Position numbers and translations under genes: made by a program
Notes under the pieces: model-generated
Database searches by the model: none
Seen by the model: only the letters and a program-made list of their open reading frames with translations
What the model was told of the DNA's origin: nothing
Part shown: positions 1 through 9,349 of the stretch, piece after piece
How positions within the stretch are numbered: the first letter of the stretch is position 1
How the letters are laid out: each line of letters starts with the position of its first letter
Origin: Candidatus Eiseniibacteriota bacterium
GTDB lineage: Bacteria > Eisenbacteria > RBG-16-71-46
Direction of reading: 5' to 3'
NCBI GenBank assembly: GCA_963744995.1
Contig: CAVUWA010000002.1
Location: forward strand, 416,001 to 480,000
DNA: 64,000 nt

Positions 1-382
1 CGACGACGGCCACCGGCTGCGCATGCGCACCATCGTCACCGACCGCGACTACCACCGGCACCATCTCCACAGCCTCACCGGGATCGTCGCCGGCGATCGT
101 CAGGCCGCGCTGATGCTGAACGAGATCCACGAGATGCAGGCCACGTTGGGTGAGAAGCTCGGCCGCCGCCTGCCGATCGCGATGGCCGCGCATCGCTGGC
201 TCGAGGAACGCTACCGGCCGACGGTCGAACGGCTCGCCGCCCTGCGCGACCGCGTCGGCGACCTGCCGGAGCTCTACTGCCAGGTGCTCGAGCACAAGTG
301 GTACCTGTCCGAGCGGGCGCGCGCGGACGTCGGGCTCGAGAAGGCGATCGAGGATTATGTGATGAGGTTTCAGAGCGTTTGA
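1..382 (+). CDS. DUF4032-family protein, C-terminal part (truncated by window edge)
   Basis: Open frame from the window start; C-terminal ELYCQVLEHKWYLSERARADVG resembles the DUF4032 signature; stop at 380-382. Confidence 0.7.
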   Translation, partial: DDGHRLRMRTIVTDRDYHRHHLHSLTGIVAGDRQAALMLNEIHEMQATLGEKLGRRLPIAMAAHRWLEERYRPTVERLAALRDRVGDLPELYCQVLEHKWYLSERARADVGLEKAIEDYVMRFQSV

Positions 383-396
383 AGGGGGGCTGAACG

Positions 397-1038
397 ATGG
401 ACGAGACGCCGCATCCGCTGCAGCCGTCCGATCCACCGGCGCCGCAGAAGGAACTCGAATCCACCGCGATCCTGATCAAGCTCGCACAGAATGGCGATCG
501 GGCTGCGGAGAACCGGCTGATTGCCCGGTTCTACCCGCGATTGCGAGCCATCGCGCATGGCCAGTTGCCTCCCTATCAGCGTGATCTCAGGGACACCGAT
601 GATCTCGTACAGGAGACGTTCTGCAAGGCATTGAGGAACATGGGGAGATTCGAGAACCGGCGCGTGGGCGCCTTCCTCGCCTACCTCAGACAGATCCTGC
701 TCAACGAGATCAGGCAGGAAGTCCGCCGCAAGAACAGGCGCCCCGCCAAAGAAGCCCTTCACGACGGGCATGTCGACATGGCGAAGGGCCCCGATCTCGT
801 AACCGCGGAGCGGGAGATGATTCAGCGGTTCGAACGGGCGCTCGACTCACTCGACGACGAAGATCAGCGCCAGGCGGTGATCCTGAGGATCGGGTTCGGC
901 TTCAGCTACGAGGAAATCGCGCAGGATCTTGGCCGGGTGTCCGCCGGGGCGGCTCGGCAGCTCATCTCCAGGGGGATCGCGAAGATCGCACTCAGCATGA
1001 GCCGCGGCGGCGGCGGAGGAAGGAATCTCGATGCGTGA
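397..1038 (+). CDS. ECF RNA polymerase sigma-70 factor
   Basis: Region 2 (AQNGDRAAENRLIARFYPRL...DTDDLVQETF...AFLAYLRQILLN) and region 4 (RQAVILRIGFGFSYEEIAQDLG...AARQLISRG). Confidence 0.92.
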   Translation: MDETPHPLQPSDPPAPQKELESTAILIKLAQNGDRAAENRLIARFYPRLRAIAHGQLPPYQRDLRDTDDLVQETFCKALRNMGRFENRRVGAFLAYLRQILLNEIRQEVRRKNRRPAKEALHDGHVDMAKGPDLVTAEREMIQRFERALDSLDDEDQRQAVILRIGFGFSYEEIAQDLGRVSAGAARQLISRGIAKIALSMSRGGGGGRNLDA

Positions 1039-2113
1039 TGATTCCGAGGATCCCGAGAAGGATCCACTGGTGCGAGTCGCGGCCATGGTGGCGGACGGCG
1101 AATTTGTCGACTGGGCGGCCGAGGCAGAACGAACTCCGGATCTCGAGCCCGAAATGCGGGGGCTGCGCTGGGTGGAGGCCATCACCATCGCGCGAGAGGT
1201 TGCCGTCCGCAAACAGGCGGGACCCTCGCGGTCCGTCCGGCGAACGGCGAGCGCGCGGGATGCTCCCCGCGAGGCGGCGAGTAACAGCGCGGACGCTGCG
1301 CCGCAGCTCGCTCCAGGGGCCCGGTGGGGCAGGCTGGAAGTCATCGAGCGGATCGGACATGGACAGGCCGGGGACGTCTATCGCGCCTTCGATTCTGAAT
1401 TGGGGCGCACAGTGGCACTGAAGATCTGGCGCGAGCGAGCCGGCTATCGCACGACGGGGACCGAAGCGAGAAGGCTGGGAAGGGTCCGGCATCCGGTGGT
1501 TCTCACTGTGCTTGGTCACGAACGCCACGATGGTCTTGCCGGCATGTGGACGGACTTCCTCGATGGCAGCAGCCTGGAGCAGCGACTCCAGGCGCACGGC
1601 CCGGTGGGGGTCGAAGAGGCATGCCGAATAGGCATCGCGCTATGCGAGGCACTCGAAGCGATTCACGCCGCCGGGATGGTGCATCGCGACATCAAGGCGT
1701 CGAACGTGATGCAGCTGGCCGATGGTTCCGTCGTCCTCATCGACTTCAGCTCCGTGAAGGAACTTCCTCGAGGGGTGCCTGAGAACACGGCCCACCTCAG
1801 GGGAACCCCTCTCGCCACTGCTCCAGAACTCCTGCGCGGCGAGCCGGTTGGGCCGTCGGCCGACATCTATTCGATGGGAACGCTGCTCTACCGGCTGATC
1901 ACCGGTGCGTACCCTTTCGATGCAAGCACATTTGCAGAGCTGGTGGAGAAGGTGGAGCGTCGCTCGAGGGTGCCTCTGTCGACTCGGTGCCCGGATTGCG
2001 ATCCGGGATTCGTCGAACTCGTCGAGCGCGCGTTGGCCGACAATCCGGCCGATCGACCTGCGGGCGCTGCGGCCATGCGCGAAGCGCTCGACGCGGTGCT
2101 GGCCACGATGTAA
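1031..2113 (+). CDS. Hanks-type Ser/Thr protein kinase, cytoplasmic, overlapping the ECF gene
   Basis: GHGQAG, VALK, HRDIKASN, DFS (DFG variant), APE, DIYSMG; no TM segment; 8-bp overlap with the sigma gene. Confidence 0.92.
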   Translation: MRDDSEDPEKDPLVRVAAMVADGEFVDWAAEAERTPDLEPEMRGLRWVEAITIAREVAVRKQAGPSRSVRRTASARDAPREAASNSADAAPQLAPGARWGRLEVIERIGHGQAGDVYRAFDSELGRTVALKIWRERAGYRTTGTEARRLGRVRHPVVLTVLGHERHDGLAGMWTDFLDGSSLEQRLQAHGPVGVEEACRIGIALCEALEAIHAAGMVHRDIKASNVMQLADGSVVLIDFSSVKELPRGVPENTAHLRGTPLATAPELLRGEPVGPSADIYSMGTLLYRLITGAYPFDASTFAELVEKVERRSRVPLSTRCPDCDPGFVELVERALADNPADRPAGAAAMREALDAVLATM

Positions 2114-2152
2114 GGAAGGGATCGCTCGTCACCGTCAGCTCTCGCCGTCCGA

Positions 2153-4717
2153 TCATGGGGCCGGAGCGTATTCCGCCGGCAGTTTGCGATCGTAGGATTC
2201 AGAGGCCAGCAGGATCGGCCTCAGCGCGGGATCCGCTTTCATCGCCTCGAATTCGCTCGCAAGAGTGCGTCGCATGACGATCGGGAGTCCAACGGCGTGG
2301 GCAGTGAGCAATAGTCCATTCTCGGGGCCGAGCGCTTGGAACAGACGGACCACCGCCCGGTGGCTCTTCGGCCCCGCGTAGAGCGCGGCGGCGAGAATCG
2401 CCGACGGGTCGATGCCGGGCCTTCCGGCTCCGAGTGAACCGAGAATGTAGCGGGCTTCGGATTCGACCCTGTCCTCGTCGTGCAGCGCCGAGTACAGACC
2501 GAGCAGGATCGACCGGAGCCGCAGATTGTCCTCCGCCGCAAGCTTTCTGCGCTCTCCAATCTCGACGGCGTCTTCAAACACCTTGCGCGCGGTCAATTCG
2601 TCGCCGTGCGCCCTGAAGTGGTAGCCGGCGTAAAGGGAAACGTATAGCTGGGAGTCGTCGCCGAACAACTCGATGGCGCGCCTGAACAGCGCCGATGCCC
2701 GCCGCCAGTCGCCGAGATCTTCCCAGGCGGCGGCATCCCATACATAGATTTCCGGATCCTCGCCAAAGCGGCTCAGGAAGGCTTCTGCCGCTTGCGTGGT
2801 TTCAGTGGATCGGCCGGCCCAGGCATTTGCCACGACACGGATCCAGGCGATCTCGTCACTCTCGGAGTCAATGCGACCCGCCTGCTCGACGAGTGGAACG
2901 GCCAGGTCGGGCATGCCACTGAGAAGATAGGCCCAGGCAGGAACCGTGAGGGCGTCGATCGGATTGCTCAACCGCTGCGACGCCTGCCGCCCGAGCACCA
3001 GAGCCGAATCACGCTCTCCTCGCTCGTAGAAGACCAGAATGCGGCCGCGCAGGGCGCCACCTTCGTCGGGATTGATCGCCAGAGCCTGCCTGAATTGCGC
3101 ATCGGCGATACTGAGGTTGATGGCGGGGGCTTTCCCGCGGAAGTACCTGTCGTAGTAGATGGCGCCGATTCCCACATAGGCCTGAGCCAATCCTGGATCG
3201 AGGCTCAAGGCCTGCTCGTACCAATTCAGGGCTGTATCGCGATCGCCGCGCTGATGCGCTTCCTGAGCTCGCATGAGCGCCTCGAGCGCGCCATTGTTCT
3301 TGGACGGCGCCGTGGCGACACGAGCGGCCTCCGTGGGGGTGAGGCGGGACTTCAAGTGGCGGGATACCACCGAGACCAGATCGACCACGGCATGGTTGTA
3401 GCTGTCGGAGTGGATCGGCGGGATGTGTTCACGTTTCCCGTCTCGCGTCACGAGGTCGACGTGCACATCGACCTGTCCGCCGTTCACATTGAAGCCGCCT
3501 TCGATCACCGCTTCGACACCCAGCTGGTTTGCGATGTCTTCGGCGTCATCCCCTGCGTAGAGCTTCTGGCGGTAGGGAAGGACGAGCAGTCCATCGAGCG
3601 CCGCCAGACCTTCTGCCAGCTTTGCTCCCAGGCCATGTCCGAAGAAGTCGAAGCCCGGAAGCAGGCTTTCGTTGTACAGCGGAATGACGGCGATGGACTT
3701 CACCTTGGGCGGGGCGGGCGCCTGTGGGCGAAAGGCGTAGACGCCGGCCGCAAGACCGCTGATGGACGCGACCGAAATCAACGTCATGGTAGCGAGCCTG
3801 CGAATGCGGCTCGGTGGCAGAGTCGCGGCCCTTCGCCAGAATCGTTCCATACCGCGCACGACGGTTCCTTCCGGCGCTGTCTCAGCCCTCTTCTCCGAGA
3901 TCGGCAACTTTTCACTGGAGCGCAGAGTGTGGAGCTCCTGAGCGAACTGCTGCGAGGAAAGCCGCAACCGCGGATTCTTCTCCATCCCACGGGTGACAAT
4001 GCGGTCGAGCTCGAGCGGCAGGCCAGGGCGCTGGAAGCTCGGTGGCGCGGGATCTTCGTTGAGAATCAGATAGAAGAGGCCTTCCAACGTCTCCGACTGA
4101 AACGGTCGGCCTCCCGTCAGCAGTTCGTACAGGACGACGGCGAGGCCGTACGTATCCAGTGACGGGGTGGCGCGTGCCCGCCGGATCTTTTCGGGGGCGA
4201 CGTACGGCCATGTCGCCTTCTCCGAACCCATCGTCGTCCAGCGTGGCGACTCGTGCTCGATGGCCATCCCAAAATCGACCAGCTTCGCGCGGCCGTCACG
4301 GGCCACCATGACGTTGTTGCTGCTGATGTCACGGTGGATCACCCCTTCGCCGTGGGCGTATTCGAGTGCCCGAGCGGCCTGGATCACGATGTCGAGAGCG
4401 ACCTCGACGTCTACGGGGCCACGGGCGACCATCTCGGCGATGGTCTCCCCGTCGACGAACTCGGAAACCAGAAATGGTGGATCGCAATCGAAATCCGCAT
4501 CGAAGACGGTGGCAATTCCGGGATGCGACAGGCGCGCAGCAAGGCGGGCACCGCGCTCGAATCGATCGCGCTCCGTCGTCTGCACCAGCTCGGGAGGAAG
4601 GGTCTTGATGGCGACGACGGTTTCCAGCGCGGGATGTTCTCCGAGCCAGACCTTGCCGTTGGGCCCTTCGCCGAGAAGGCGGATGATCCGATATCCACCA
4701 ATCAGTTGACCGAGCAT
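2153..4717 (-). CDS. Membrane Ser/Thr protein kinase with TolB-N-like and TPR domains
   Basis: GEGPNG, VAIK, HRDISSNN, DFG, YVAPE; TM segment; SIAVIPL-type domain; TPR repeats (ALNWYEQALSLDPGLAQAYVGIG). ATG at 4717 chosen. Confidence 0.9.
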   Translation of the reverse strand: MLGQLIGGYRIIRLLGEGPNGKVWLGEHPALETVVAIKTLPPELVQTTERDRFERGARLAARLSHPGIATVFDADFDCDPPFLVSEFVDGETIAEMVARGPVDVEVALDIVIQAARALEYAHGEGVIHRDISSNNVMVARDGRAKLVDFGMAIEHESPRWTTMGSEKATWPYVAPEKIRRARATPSLDTYGLAVVLYELLTGGRPFQSETLEGLFYLILNEDPAPPSFQRPGLPLELDRIVTRGMEKNPRLRLSSQQFAQELHTLRSSEKLPISEKRAETAPEGTVVRGMERFWRRAATLPPSRIRRLATMTLISVASISGLAAGVYAFRPQAPAPPKVKSIAVIPLYNESLLPGFDFFGHGLGAKLAEGLAALDGLLVLPYRQKLYAGDDAEDIANQLGVEAVIEGGFNVNGGQVDVHVDLVTRDGKREHIPPIHSDSYNHAVVDLVSVVSRHLKSRLTPTEAARVATAPSKNNGALEALMRAQEAHQRGDRDTALNWYEQALSLDPGLAQAYVGIGAIYYDRYFRGKAPAINLSIADAQFRQALAINPDEGGALRGRILVFYERGERDSALVLGRQASQRLSNPIDALTVPAWAYLLSGMPDLAVPLVEQAGRIDSESDEIAWIRVVANAWAGRSTETTQAAEAFLSRFGEDPEIYVWDAAAWEDLGDWRRASALFRRAIELFGDDSQLYVSLYAGYHFRAHGDELTARKVFEDAVEIGERRKLAAEDNLRLRSILLGLYSALHDEDRVESEARYILGSLGAGRPGIDPSAILAAALYAGPKSHRAVVRLFQALGPENGLLLTAHAVGLPIVMRRTLASEFEAMKADPALRPILLASESYDRKLPAEYAPAP

Positions 4718-4911
4718 GTGCGGCCTCACCGTGGCTGAGCCGGAATTCGATCTTCAGGAGAGACCCTATAGGCAAATCGGGCCACCCGCAGCACAAATGC
4801 ACCCCCGGGCGTGCAGTTTTACATCGCCGGGCATTCCCTCTTTGTTGGATAATGCTGATCCAGCACGAAGCGCTCGCGAAGGCCGTCCGTCCGTTCTCCC
4901 ACGGGGGCAAC

Positions 4912-5420
4912 ATGTTCGCACGCTCGATGTTCCTCGGCTTGCTGCTGACCATTCTCGCGTGGGCGGGGCCCGCTTCGGCATGCGGCGACAAGTTCCTCGT
5001 CCGCCTCGACCGCGATCCGCGCGGCAGCACCCTGCCGATCGCGATGGCTCGACGATCGGCGCGCATTCTCGTGTATCGGCCTGCAAACATGCCGAGGGAT
5101 CCCCTGAAGAACGCGACATGGCGACTCTGGCCCGCGTCGGCCACCAGGTCCAGCTGTGCGATTCGGCGATGCGCTGCGCGGAGGCCTTGAAATCGGGAAG
5201 TTTTCAGATCGTCCTTGCGGACTACCGTGACCTGGAGGCGATGCACATCGACGAGCAGGCGACGCACACACGTCTGATTCCCGTGGTGACCGCGGTCTCC
5301 CGGACCGAATACCGGCGCATCAAGGACCAGTTCGGCGTGGTGTTCGATTCGGAGGCGCCCGTCGGCAAGCTGCTGGCCATCGTGGATCACCTCACGGCCG
5401 GCGCCGGGGACCGGCGATGA
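4912..5420 (+). CDS. Secreted hypothetical protein (signal peptide, ACGDKFL N-terminus, receiver-like C-terminal half), frameshifted
   Basis: Signal peptide in the 4852 frame; coding-like C-terminus (LARVGHQVQLC...FQIVLADY...LIPVV) in the 4716 frame; one extra A in the run at about 5085-5087 joins them. Confidence 0.6.
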
Positions 5421-6375
5421 ACCGCGCGACGGTCGCGAGGTGGGGAATCATACTCTGCGCGATATCCGCATTGGGATCGGGGCCGTGCACGTGCGGCAAG
5501 GAACACAATGACAAGGTGCTCGATCCGGGCACCGGCGTCGAACTCGTGACGATTTCGGGTGTCGTCATCAATATCGACATCGGTGCCGTTGCGCCGGGAG
5601 TGCGGGTGAAACTTAGGGGAACTTCATATGCGTCGATGATCGAGACGGGTGGTGACGGGGCTTACAGCATTGACGTTCCCAAGGGCGCGAACTGCTGCTC
5701 GAGACGGACGACTTCGATCCCGGCACGGATGCATGGTTTCCGCTCATCAACGTCGACATGCCGCGGATCAACGTCGATGACCTGTCCGACGCGGACAGGG
5801 CGTTCTGGCCGATTCACGCCTGTCCTCAGTCGCATGCGCCCGCGCATGGCAGCATCGCGGTCTGGGATCAGTATCTGGAAAGCGCCGACGACCAGCTGAA
5901 CGGGGATCTGTTCGCTTCCCAATCCTCCGCGAGCTCGGGGGGCATCATCGCTGTCATCGTCGCGGGCTGCGAAGCGGGCGACACGACGTTTTACGACAGC
6001 GTTCGCGTGACGTCCGACAGCCCCGACTGCCCCATGGCTGCCATGGATGCCAACTGTTTCGCCAAGCTGGATCCGTCGGGCGCGCCGTCATGCATGCATC
6101 CGGGAGGTCTCACCGACCCCTCGGGCGTCGTGATTGGCGTGTGTGACTCCGCTTCCACCGACACCACGGTCCTGCTCACCTTCCAGGACTTGAAGGCTGG
6201 CCGGAGTCTGATGTGGCCGCCCTTCGAAGTGCCCGTGGCCCACGGCACGATTTCCGTGGTATGGGCGGCCGCAATCGGAGGTGTCGCCGGGGCGCATTTC
6301 AAGGAAACCGCGGCGTGCGCAGGGCTCTTCGGCCCCGAGCCCCACGGTGCGCTGCGGGCCCGTGCTGCGCGCTAA
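5417..6375 (+). CDS. Exported, probably lipid-anchored protein with carboxypeptidase-regulatory-like beta domain, frameshifted
   Basis: TISGVV...GVRVKL...TGGDGAYSIDVP; at about 5690 aagggcgcgaactgctg needs one more A to read KGAKLLLETDDFD into the 5758 frame; ATGA overlap with the previous gene. Confidence 0.6.
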
Positions 6376-6390
6376 TCGCAGCCCGCGGCC

Positions 6391-7368
6391 GTGATGAACC
6401 GCGTCGCGAGGACGATCGGGGTCGCCACCGCGATCCTCCTGTGCCAGGGCGCCGGTGCGCCGGGGGCGATCGCGTCCCCGCCGGGAACCGACGGCGAAGT
6501 CGGGATCGCTTTGACCTACGAGTGGTATCAGGGAGGAGATCATCTCTTCTCGACAGATGCCATCGACGGCTACGCCACTCACGGCTACGTGGCCGAAGGG
6601 CGCCGCTGGGATCTGGGTGTGGCGAGGGCACAGACGATCCTGGGGAACGTGGATGTGGGGCTTCCTTTCGGATCGACGGTGACCGTCGGTGCGGCCTGGG
6701 TGATCGCGTGGTACGACGGGCGCGCACCGGTCAATGCCGAAGTCGACGACGGCAGGATTCGCGGATGGCTGCAGGATGGGACCGTGCGCCTGGGCCGACC
6801 CTGGGACCTCGGAACATTTCGCTGGACACCATTCCTCGGCGCATCGTTTCCCCTGGCCGACTACCCGGTCAGCGGCCACGCGGCGCCGGGCAGCGGTTAC
6901 GTCGAGGCCAGAGCCGGCATTCGTATCGATCACCTGCTCGGCGATTATGGAGGCTTCGGTCCATCGAGCTTCGAGGTCTCGTACGGAACCATCACCAACG
7001 TGAGCAAGCGGGACCTGTCGCGCTTGAGGATCGCGGCCCGCATCGGGCACTTCCTGTCGAGGCGGATGACGCTCGCGGTGTCGGGGCGATTCTCCGACGT
7101 TCGGGGCGGCCTCGAATGGGTCAGTCTCGGCGGCCCGAGCATTCACGGCACGGGAGGCGGCGCCGGCCTCGACAACAACCTCACGGCCGCCCGCGCCGCC
7201 TGGGCGGGCATGGGAATGGCCTGGCAACCGACCGAACGCTGGGGATTCGACGTCAGCCTCCACCACCTGGTCTGGGGCGAGAACGTCGAGGATGGGCTCA
7301 TCGTCAGCGCGGGCGTACGGACCGCTTTCCATGGGCGGGGAGCGGGACAGGTGGCGCCCGCGGAGTAG
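6391..7368 (+). CDS. Secreted protein, probable outer-membrane beta-barrel
   Basis: Signal peptide; alternating aromatic/amphipathic strands (GMGMAWQPTERWGFDVSL, LIVSAGVRTAF). Confidence 0.55.
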   Translation: MMNRVARTIGVATAILLCQGAGAPGAIASPPGTDGEVGIALTYEWYQGGDHLFSTDAIDGYATHGYVAEGRRWDLGVARAQTILGNVDVGLPFGSTVTVGAAWVIAWYDGRAPVNAEVDDGRIRGWLQDGTVRLGRPWDLGTFRWTPFLGASFPLADYPVSGHAAPGSGYVEARAGIRIDHLLGDYGGFGPSSFEVSYGTITNVSKRDLSRLRIAARIGHFLSRRMTLAVSGRFSDVRGGLEWVSLGGPSIHGTGGGAGLDNNLTAARAAWAGMGMAWQPTERWGFDVSLHHLVWGENVEDGLIVSAGVRTAFHGRGAGQVAPAE

Positions 7369-7429
7369 CTTTTGGAACCCGCCGCCGTGTGAATGCCGCC
7401 TTTCCGCCATTCTCGGAGCGGGAGGATCT

Positions 7430-7741
7430 ATGGGAGCGCTGAGCCTGGGCGGATCCACGGGCCGCTGTCCGTACTGCCAGTCTGCACCGATCGAAACTGT
7501 TCGACGCGTCTGGTACCTGCGAAGCTACGTGCTGTTTGCGCGCTACGGCAGTCACTTCCTGGTCGGCTGCCGTTCGTGCACCGTGCGAGCCATCCGGCGC
7601 AGCCTGCTGATCAACGCGGCGACGGGCTGGTGGGGCGTTCCATGGGGCCTTGGGACGCCGGTTGTCATTGCGCAGAACCTGCTACAGCTCCTGGCGAGGT
7701 CGGAAGATCAGACACCGGGAGCCCCTCGGCCTCAGGGATAG
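7430..7741 (+). CDS. Small zinc-ribbon membrane protein (CPYC...CRSC, TGWWGVPWG)
   Basis: GGAGG RBS at 7421-7425; two CxxC pairs followed by a GWWGxPWG hydrophobic segment. Confidence 0.7.
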   Translation: MGALSLGGSTGRCPYCQSAPIETVRRVWYLRSYVLFARYGSHFLVGCRSCTVRAIRRSLLINAATGWWGVPWGLGTPVVIAQNLLQLLARSEDQTPGAPRPQG

Positions 7742-8114
7742 CAGTGCCGGCAGCTGAGTCCTCTCACGACACCGAGGAATCCGGGTTTCTCCCGTGCATT
7801 TCACCGGAGTCGCGCATTTCCCCTGTGCGATCGGTCTTTCCCCTCGGAACGAACGTCAGCGAGGCCTCCACGACGGGCGTTTGAGGCGAGGCCGGGCGGG
7901 CCTCGGCCCGCCACGCAATGCAGGGCCGCACGCGAACCGGGAATGGTGAGACCGGCCGGGCCCGGCCACGAGCAGCGAACGTGAGCCGGGCCCTTCGCGT
8001 TTACGCCTGCGCAGGCAAGCGCTGCCCGGGCACTCCGCTCCTGCGGAAACCGCCCGGCGAGTCCCGCAACCGGCCCCCGGATGTTCCGGCCGCCGCGCCA
8101 CGGAGGAGAGTGTC

Positions 8115-9272
8115 ATGTCCCGAGTACTGCCCGCCGCATTCGTACTGCTCGTCATCTCCGCTTTCGGTTGCTCCCGCGACGTTCCGCTCGCGCCGTCGAC
8201 GGATGGTTCGCGCAACGCAATGCCCACCGCGCAGGTTCCGCAGATCGATCGCACGGAGATCGATGCGATGGAACAGCAGGCCCTGTCGCCCGCGGGCGGT
8301 CTCGCAACGATCGGCAAGGGCCGCAGGATGGTCGAAGTGCCCGACGGCTCGGTGGACGCGCTCGCCGACGCGATCGCGCAGGCCGGCGCCAACGGGGTCG
8401 TGCTGCTCAAGAGCGGCATCCACGCGGAATCGGGCACGGTGAAGATCGAGGTCCCGGTGACCGTCATCGGCGAGGAAGGCGCCGAACTGGTGACGTCCGC
8501 GGGCGGGCTCTCCAGCGCCATTCCACTCGACGTGGTCCCCGGCGTGCAAGTCGCTGCGGATCACGTCGTGATCCGAAACATCGCGTTCCGACCGGCAAGT
8601 GGAGACGGTAATACGGGGGTCCTGATCGACGGCGGAAGCCACTGCACACTGTTTGGCAATCATTTGAGCGGGTATCAATTCAGCCTGGTCGTCGCGAGCG
8701 GCAACTTCAATCGGATCTGGAACAACACGGTCGTCACGAACAGCGCCTGGCAGATCGGAGCGGTCAGCGACGCGCATGGAATCGTCCTGGTGAACGGTTC
8801 GCACGGAAGCGTGATGGACAACGACGTGTCGAATGCGGTGTTCGGCATGTGGATCTGCGGCCCCCGCGGCGAGCTCGCCTTCAACAGCGCCCATGGCAAC
8901 TATGTCGGCATCATTCTCTGCAAGGTGCCGCAGGCGCTGCAGCTCCCCGGAGGCGCCATCATCGGCTCCGAGCTCAGCGGTCAGAACTGGGCCGCCGTTG
9001 AGAACAGCACGACGAGCAACCTCACCACCGGCCTGCTCGTCATCGACGGCGCGAACAACAACGTGATCGCCGACAACGCGTCCTCGGGAAACGGCACCTA
9101 CGACGTCGAGCTGACGGGCGACACCTACCGGTTCGGCTTCCTGACCCCGGCGAGCTTCGAGAACACGTTCATCGCGGGTTCGTATCCGGACATCGAGATC
9201 AAGAACTGCGGCAACGACAACCAGATCATCGGCGGCGCGCTGGTGGACAACAGCGTGGAGCCGTGTGACTGA
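8115..9272 (+). CDS. Lipoprotein with right-handed parallel beta-helix repeats (NosD/pectin-lyase-like fold)
   Basis: GGAGGAG RBS; lipobox AFGC; Asn-rich repeats (NRIWNNTV, DNDVSNAVFG, NNVIADNASSGN). Confidence 0.8.
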   Translation: MSRVLPAAFVLLVISAFGCSRDVPLAPSTDGSRNAMPTAQVPQIDRTEIDAMEQQALSPAGGLATIGKGRRMVEVPDGSVDALADAIAQAGANGVVLLKSGIHAESGTVKIEVPVTVIGEEGAELVTSAGGLSSAIPLDVVPGVQVAADHVVIRNIAFRPASGDGNTGVLIDGGSHCTLFGNHLSGYQFSLVVASGNFNRIWNNTVVTNSAWQIGAVSDAHGIVLVNGSHGSVMDNDVSNAVFGMWICGPRGELAFNSAHGNYVGIILCKVPQALQLPGGAIIGSELSGQNWAAVENSTTSNLTTGLLVIDGANNNVIADNASSGNGTYDVELTGDTYRFGFLTPASFENTFIAGSYPDIEIKNCGNDNQIIGGALVDNSVEPCD

Positions 9273-9349
9273 GTGGCGATAGACCATCCTGTCCATGACC
9301 CGAGTGCTCATTGATGGGCCAGGGCGGCGATGGATCAGAGGAGGCTACA

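Noticed and set aside
8115..9272. Second nosD
   Set aside because: Shares only the generic beta-helix; lacks the NosD RYGxHxM and GNYW/F-D motifs and lies outside the nos cluster
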